A DNA stretch of 64,000 nt from NCBI RefSeq assembly GCF_009914755.1, contig NC_060932.1, one strand, 5' to 3'. How positions within the stretch are numbered: the stretch's first letter is position 1; every line of letters starts with the position of its first letter. Of the stretch, positions 55,409 to 64,000 are shown piece by piece. The notes below the pieces were generated by a model. It did no database searches. It was not told the origin of the DNA and worked only from the letters and a program-made list of their open reading frames with translations. This stretch comes from the human T2T-CHM13v2.0 reference genome, Homo sapiens. Made by a program: the position numbers and the translations under genes.

Positions 55409-56109
55409 TTTCTTTCATGACTTTTTGAGCAGTTTTTGAAGTCTCTCTTTCTCCAGTTTTTTTTTCCACAAGCTTAGGAATTAGACTACAGGTACCCTCC
55501 ACACCTGGAATCATGACAAACAAGCAGTCTGTGTTTTGTTTTGTTTTCCTAATTCACCTATTATATTTCACCCTTTGGACTCCTAGCTTTCTGGTTTTTT
55601 GTGAAGGACAGCTGATTCAATCTGCTATTCCACTCACCACCCAGGCCTTAACTCTGGTCCATCTCTCTCCCACATGGTGCATAGTTCGAGTTCAAAAACC
55701 TTGGTCACAAAATGCTAGTGCCAGTGTTTGTTATCTCCGTGAAGTAGAGATTTATGGATCCTTCCTGACTTGACTGTTCTATCTTTCTATCTATCTATCA
55801 TCTATCTTTTATCATCATAGTCATCGTATCTATGGTCTAGCATATTTAAGTGCATACTGGAAGGGTTTTCTGTAAACGTCTTGTTATTCATCTTGCCAGA
55901 AACAGAAGACTATACTTTGGTTTTGATGCAATCATTTCCTTATGTAGTTTTAACAGGTTTATGCAGGCCTGGGACAAAGAGGAAAAAGTAATATATTTGA
56001 TTTGTATGTCTCCTGAGTAAAAAAAAAAAAAAAGAAAGCAGAATTCTACTCTCAAATGATATTATTTAGGAATCAGGGAAACAAAAGGAATTAATCCTAA
56101 AAAATACTT

Positions 56110-56240
56110 TCTGTCCATTATGTATATAGTTTTCATATACTGACTTTATTTAATCCTTATAATAACTCCATGAAATAGTTATTACTACTACCATTTTATG
56201 GATGAGGTACCTGAGACTACATGTTGAGGTTATTACATTG
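56110..56240 (-). mobile_element. MIR
   Basis: TATTTAATCCTTATAATAACTCCATGAAATAG...CCATTTTATGGATGAGGTACCTGAG. Confidence 0.75.
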
Positions 56241-56962
56241 CCCATCTAATTCCATAGTCACTGCCCTCTCTCCTAAATCAGGCTGTCTTTCACCAGATAG
56301 AGAGCTCTGAGTAATTCTTCTCAGAGCTGGGAAAAACAATCCTGGTTACTCTTTCATGGTAATTTCCACAGCAAACAATGTAGTTATTTACCCAGCACTG
56401 GTTAGAATTCTGCTAATTGGTAGCACACATTCTGTTAGCAAACATGGTAGCAAACTCCAGAAAGGGTCCAGATTGTGGGAAAACATAAACAGTGATAACA
56501 CAAATGCTTTCAAAGCAAGCCTTTGTTTGGGTTCTAGTGGCAAGCAATTTTCATTAATTGTCATTTTTACTTTTGACCAAATATCTCAGATTTAACACTC
56601 TTTAAACCTGTGAGAGTAATTAAGTCTTTCATAAAAATCTCCTGACGTTGGTTCACATAGTAAATCTCATGAAGTTTGCCTATTTATGCAAGAGCCCATG
56701 TAGCCCTGCAGGCTGAGCCTAAACTGTTATTGAAGGTGACTACCTTGCCAATTCTCATGAACAACCCAAGAGTGCCACGGATAAGCTAACCTTATTTTAT
56801 CACTGTGCTTTATCACTGACAAAGGGTTAAGAAAAAGACTCTCTTTTCTTCTCTTTCCACACGTCCTCCTTTCTGTAGCTGAATGTGAATATTTAAAGTG
56901 GATTCAAGAAAGCTTCAGCATCTGGGAAGCCTAGAGAACAAACCATAACCATGGACACGGGC

Positions 56963-57049
56963 CAGTTTTCACTGGTCATTGACTAGCTGCTGCTGTTAAG
57001 TACAGATTGGTCAGTTTCATTGGTCACTGACTATTTGCTGCTGTTAAGT
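56963..57049 (+). repeat. Imperfect two-copy tandem repeat, period 49
   Basis: CAGTTTTCACTGGTCATTGACTAGCTGCTGCTGTTAAGT versus CAGTTTCATTGGTCACTGACTATTTGCTGCTGTTAAGT. Confidence 0.85.
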
Positions 57050-60000
57050 GCTCACCAGTGGAACATAACCATTTCTGCTCAAAACCAGGTTGGAGTAACA
57101 TACCTAGAGCCAGCCCACTCTCAAGCCATATGAGAAGGGGTTAGAGTTTGCATGACTAAAATTAAAGGGTCAGTAAACAAACATGCAAAACTAAGTTGGG
57201 CAAGTTTTCTATTTTGAGGCTTCATACATGATCAAAGAGACGAATATGGCAGTACAAAGCGAAGGGAAGTAAAGGTGCATTGTTTCCATTACACGTAGCC
57301 ATGCGTATTTGCAAAGTGGCTCATATAAGATGTTGTCATACTCGAGGTGATAAAAGGCTCTAAATCCTTCTTTGTGTAAGGTTTGCCCCAAAATACAATT
57401 TAGAGAAAAAAGTATTAACATGCTTTCCCAATGGGCTTCCCTAGCTCTGCTATTAAAAATGAAATGGGTGTGTTTATATAATCTGGGCATTCAGGAAAAA
57501 AATTACACAATTCAGTGTAATTTCCCCAAAGGAGTTGAAGTTGAACAGAAACCAATTGCACATCTGGGTCTGGGGCTGCTTCAGCCTCCGATGCAAAAAC
57601 GAAGATGAATTCCAAGTGGTCAAAAAGCTCAATTGCTCACCCCTGACAATTTTTCCCTTTGCTAGAATAGAAAGCATAACAATTATTTTTCTGAAATATA
57701 AATTACAATCAGGTGGTGTTTAGTTCTGCTACTTTAAAAACTTTCTACTGGTCAGGAAAGTAGTCTTATATTATTAATTGAATACACATGAAAAAAAAAT
57801 ACCCTAACACCTTCCCATGCTTTTTACTGGAATGGAAATCTAGATCAAACTTGGGTGTGCCTGGGTGTCTTTTAATATGAGGTAATGATCAGATATCACC
57901 ATCTTCTCATTAATGTTTGTGATTAACATTAAGAAGACATGGTTACGTGAGAAGTGATGCAAATGCTGTATCTTTTAAAACTTTATTTGAATCACTCATT
58001 TCTGGCCCACATTTGAATTATGCTTTGAACTGTAGCCAGGAATACAGCTGTCACATACAGAACTGAAATCGTGAATATGCCCACCACTTCCTTGTTTTGA
58101 CATTGTGGTGTGCATTGTCAGTGCTTTATATGCATAAGAGGAAATGAGTGAGAAGTCTATTTTCATGTTATAATCTGGACATGCATATTTGATGCATTAT
58201 TGCTGATTTCTATGCAGCACAATCTTGTTTCCCATACATCTGAGATTTCAATGTTTCTTTTCAGGGCAAATTATGGGAGATGAACAGCCTGGCCCAGTGG
58301 GATTCACTTTACTGAAGAGGTAGTTGGTGAAGTAGGTCACTTGAGTTCAGACAACACACAAAAACACAGGACGCACATGCCCTATGTTGGCAAGTTTCTT
58401 GGTCTGCAAATGATTCCCTTCTAAAGAACACTACTGAGATTCAGAGTTGACTATTGCACGTTCTCTCCACTTACAAATGGGACTGGCAATTGTGAGCTTT
58501 TGGTGGTGGTGATGTGTAGGGAATTGGGAGACAGAGTCCAATAAATGCTTTTAAGATTTGTTCTACTGCAATTGCTCAGATAAAAGAACACCAGTAGCCA
58601 TAACATTTTCTTTAGCTGACCAAGGAATTCCAAAAGCAAACCCCTGTGTAAATGATAGCATAATGTCCTTGTTCTTAGTCAAAATATTCTTTTTAGTCCA
58701 GTTGTTATTGTGTCACAGTAAATACAAAATATTCCCTTAGTGCCATTTTGTTGCCAAGCAATTTGGAGAGGAGCACAGTCACTCAAAGTGCACTGAACTT
58801 ATCTGCAATCAGCTGCCTTGACCACTCTGTGCTACATGGGCAGGGATAAGCTTGAGTGTGAGATAGAATCAAGGACAAAGTTATCATCACTGATGCCTCC
58901 AGGGAGACTCTGTATTAATAGAAATATGGCGAAGGTGGCCTGAATGTTGCTGATAGTATTTAGTGAGCCATTAAATACTATCATACATGATACATGATAG
59001 TCCAGAGCCATGACTCTGGACTATCAAACTTAGGAGAAATAAAACAATGGTATATTACCTTCCAAAAGCAAGCTCCAGGCAGCAGCAAAAGGGAAGGAGA
59101 AAAGCATTCTTCAGAAATGAGAAACTGGTTTGAGCCTAGCTTCCAGGGAACACACATAGATGGTAATGATTTTCTCATTAGGCAACTGAGACTTTTCTCC
59201 ACTTTATTACTATATATGCACTGGGCCTCCAGCATTTTGGTGGGGGAGCTTCTCTAGAAGTAAGAGTTCTTAATATTTGCAGGCTACGTCAGCCACCTGC
59301 ATGGGGGCAGGTATCTCCATGCTTTCAGTTTAAGTGACCAGAGTGTATTCTGCGTCCTCAAGCGGAAATGGCAAGGCTGCCCTTTTTTGTCCCATATTAA
59401 TGATGATATCCTAATCATAGTCTTCGTAGAATCTTAAGTTTACATGGACTCTTTATATTGTTAAAACTCATTCACATATTATCTGAATTCAATTTCAGAA
59501 ACAGCTAGTTGTACTAGCAAGGAAAATATCATTTCTCTTTTAGAAATATGGAAACCGAGACACATTTTCCTAAAGTCAAAAAATTGTGTTATTCTGGAAT
59601 TGAAAGGATCCTTAGATAACTCATTTTGGCCTTTAATTTCACAGATTAGGAAATAGAAAATGAGAACAATCACATGATGAGTAGTAAGAAGGAAAGAACT
59701 GAGATGCCATGAAGTCCAGAACCCAGCGCTCTTTGAAATTGTAGCAGTGCATGTGTCTAGTGGGGAGGAGATCCCCTTCCTTCGATGGCTTTTCCGTGTG
59801 CAGTGGCTCCGAGGGCCTGGAATGCAGATGCCATGAGACAGTGACTGTTTCCTTCTGGCTCACTCCTGACTTGTCATCTAACACAGTGCTGACTCCAGAA
59901 CAGGTATACAATCAATATTTGCTGAATGAATGGATGACTTTTAATAGATATAGACATTTTTAGGAATAGGTCTGCTGACATTTGGCATAAAGTGACAATC

Positions 60001-61555
60001 CCTAGACCAGAAAGTAGTAGTGAGAATGTGTCATCTACATGCCAGTTTTCCCTTTAAATTGCATGATAAATCCAGAAGTTGCTCAAAACCTGCTTTTGTG
60101 TGGGCATGGGGAATAGTTCTAAACCAGGCTCTGAGACAAGATGGTAGAGTGCTGAGTAGCCTCAGTCATGGTCAAGTTAAATGCAGGTCCTCTACCAAGT
60201 ATGATTCCAGGAATGGTTAAAAGCCCTTCTCCAATTTCTAAACTAACATGTCCTTTACCCTCTCCAAAATTTGCTCATTTATTTTCTTTACATTAAGATC
60301 TCTGGTTCTTACCAGTGGGTCATTTCAAACTCTATCTCTGCTTCCCCCAGCTAGGGATAGAAAGCCACTATTACAGACAGGGGCTGCATCCTTCAGGTGC
60401 TTTCTGCAGAAATGAGCTCAATAACCACTGAAGACAGATGTTAATGATGTCTGTTTTAAGGCAAATTATTTGGAGACGAGGGTAACCAAGTGGAGCTGAA
60501 TGACACTGGATGGTAATAACTTAATTTGCCTCAGTGACAGTTCATCAGGTCCTTTCACTTCCATTTTCTCATCTGACCATCATGACCTTATGGTGTAAGT
60601 AAAAATGATTACTTCCCTTTTTTCTTTTCTTCAGAGGGGAAATCTGGGTTTGGAGCAGCTATACCATATATCTAAGGTCAAACACCTAAGAGGAACTTTT
60701 AACTTGGGTCATTTAAGTGCAAGTGCCTTGTTTTCGCCATTTTGCCAAGGACATGGGGCTCAAGGTAGGTAAAGGCTTTCTCCTTCTCAATGCTCTCGTA
60801 TAGGCTGGTGTTGGTTGAAAGCTAAGCTCCAGCACCTGCCTATTCCTTCTGCAGTCCAAAGGAAGGGTAACTTCTGTGTAAACCCTACCTTCTGGTCTCC
60901 TGTAATTTATTTCTCTTGCTTTTCAAACACACAATATCTTGCTTTAAGCTTCAAGAAATTGTTGAAGTTGAAATTGCAATTAACCTCAGCAGTGAGTGCT
61001 GTAACTATAGGGGGGCTGGGGTGGTGGTGGTGGTGGTTATTCTTTATGAAATGAAAATGAACCTCAAATGTGATTGGAATTTGCTAAAACTGGACAGGGA
61101 TCAGGATACAGATGCTTAAGTTGATACCATCCAGTTGTTCAGACTAGAAATACAGGGAAGATGTATAGGTTTTAAAGCAATTATGACATTTTATCACATA
61201 GACTGTTTTTATTAGCTGTGGTTCCCTGCAATCTTTTCATTTTAATTTTATATCAGCCATAATATTTATATATATGTATAGATATGTGTGTGTGTGTAGC
61301 TGTATGTATACATATGTATTTATTTATATTTTATTTTATTCCTTTAATTATATCATTTAAACCCAAATTAGACATTGGTAGAATGAACTTTACAATTGCT
61401 TTCATGGATTAAATACAGAAATAAGAAAAATTCCGATGGGCCTAGACATATCACAAATAAAATCTAGTTCTAAGTATAGTGGCATGTGGAATTTCACATG
61501 ATCTCAATAGCTGACCAGGACTCACCGAGGAAAATACATAGTACTTCTCTGGTAC

Positions 61556-61637
61556 TTTATTTTTTTAATTTTTTTTATTATACTTTAAGTTTTAGGGTAC
61601 ATGTGCACAACGTGCAGGTTTGTTACATATGTATACA
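61556..61637 (-). mobile_element. Ultra-short young L1PA (3/4-like) 3' terminus
   Basis: T-rich tail plus TTATTATACTTTAAGTTTTAGGGTACATGTGCACAACGTGCAGGTTTGTTACATATGTATACA. Confidence 0.93.
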
Positions 61638-63094
61638 AGGAAATATTGTTTCTTGACAAAACCAAAATACTGCTTTCCAGATTCATTTAGATCTTATTCC
61701 TAACGTATTAATGGCACCTTTTGGTCATATTCATCAATCAATGAATATGATCTGAACCTCTCCTATGAGGTCAGAGCAATTAGGCATGCATGAGATATAA
61801 AACCCAAGGCAACAGATTCTTATTTTCTAGGCACTTCTGAGCTAGTTTTAGAAGGGAGTACGTAGCCTTAATATTCCATTCCTTGCTGCCATGCCCAAGA
61901 GAGACACGACTAATCCATCACAGCATTCTTCCCACAAACTCTGTAAGTGGCCTTGTAATCCTCCTCTAATTGGCCATTCCCAATCTGAATCGGCACATAA
62001 GATGAAGCCATACCTGAACTAATTTGCAAGATAAAGCTAAACACAAGAGTGAGAACAAGCAAGTGCTCAACTCCAGGGAAGGGAGATCCATCCTGGGATC
62101 TGGTGATGAGCCTTCTGTAAAGAGGAAGGGCTTCTACTATGTCTTGTACCATGGCTAGAACTTAGGCAGATGGAGGGAAACAGAATGGGCAAAGACTTTA
62201 AAGAGCAAATGTATGCATAGAGGAGATTGAGCAGATGAATATGGGATTAAACAGGGGAACTTGGGCTTGAAGAGTAAGGTTCTATTCTCATTATTTAGGA
62301 GTTTCATTCAGAAACTTCACGTATTACAGCATGTTCCCATTCAAAAATACTAAGCGTGGAGAAATAATGGTTTCTGGTATATAGAAGTCCTCTGGCACCC
62401 TAGAATAAACTGTATCACATTCTAGAAGGTGTGTGGACTCATTTTCAAAGAGCAAAGATGACTCTGAGTCATAGCTTTCACGACAATAAAATGGATAAAA
62501 TAAAGGTAACTTCCGAAGACTGCCAAATCTTCCTTCCACCAAGCTCATTAAATAATGCCCTTCCATGTATATTCTTTTGGATCCATTATGATAACCCCGA
62601 TGGCCACTTTTTGCCCACCTTAATGATAAAATGAAGAAAGCTCCAGGTTTCTTGCATTTTTTAAAGGCAGATGAAACAATCAGCCAATCCCTTTGTCTTT
62701 TACAGTTTGGGTGTGCACCTGGCTTGCAGCAGAACTGGCTGGGATGGCTTCATAACTTCCCTTCTAACAATATAACAATATGCTTCTGTAAATTTTCACA
62801 CTGAATTGGACAAGAATCAGAATATCCTGTTTTGAACATCTGCACAGATTGACAAGTGAGTGATTCTGCCTGCCTGATATATCCCTGTCCCCTTTAATCT
62901 TCATACACAAAGAATCTGAAATAGTCCCTCTTACTCTTTCCATCTAGACAAAAATGGAACATCAAGACTGACTGGAAATGGTGATGTGAAATTCATTAAA
63001 TGCTCTTGCAATTGCCAGAGGTGACATATATACATACAGCATCATTGTTTTCTGGAAAATGGGCTACAGGAGAATCTTAAAGAAGCAGTGAATT

Positions 63095-63482
<388 letters not shown>

Positions 63483-64000
63483 TCATTTTTATACTCTGTT
63501 ATATCCAGGCAGGCTCCTCCTGAGTCCCCATTCAACTTTTTTTTTTCTTTTTCTGCTCTTGGCCACGTTTTCTTTCTTTCTTTCTTTTTTTAATAGCCAG
63601 AAGAAAAAGCCTAGATTATGCATTACATGGGTGGAATTCTGGGTTGGATTTCCTAACTCTGAATGGTTTGTAAATCCATTTTACCCACACTGCACAGTGG
63701 GTACCCATGAGTCTGAAATCAACTTTCCGTGAGAGATCCAATAGTCCCTATGTTATAGTGATCATATAAACTTTGGAGACTATATAGGGATTTTTAAAAT
63801 AAGAAATAGGTAAACAGAAAAAGCTAAATAATGCATATAGCAGTTTGAAGCTTTGTTATATTTAATAAAATATGAATGTTGTCATTAAAAAATAAGGAAC
63901 TGATGCCATTTTCTCAGGTCACTGTGGCATCAACAGTCTTCCCTAAAATGACCTCTTTCCCACCCCACTGCCATCCCTTCAATGAACGCCCACTATTGTG

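Overview
This is primate genomic DNA, most likely great ape or human (AluY and an L1PA3-like element are present). It is non-coding, either intergenic or deep intronic. I see no recognisable protein-coding exon, tRNA, rRNA, CpG island or CRISPR array. Every ORF I can recognise is a by-product of Alu, L1 ORF2 or THE1 sequence. The window is a mosaic of interspersed repeats: ten Alus, several 5'-truncated L1s, a complete LTR-internal-LTR THE1 element, solo MaLR/ERVL LTRs, DNA transposons (MER2B, MER20, MER44A), HAL1, many MIR/L2 relics and microsatellites. Subfamily names come from recalled consensus features and need RepeatMasker/Dfam confirmation, and the boundaries of old elements are approximate. 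I found no convincing new biological system. The most unusual structures are fossil rearrangements: a MER2B carrying a copy of upstream flank plus an internal duplication, a second ~1 kb-spaced local duplication, a twin-primed inverted L1 micro-insertion and a possible L1 3' transduction containing a hairpin. There are also a few candidate enhancer-like motif clusters.
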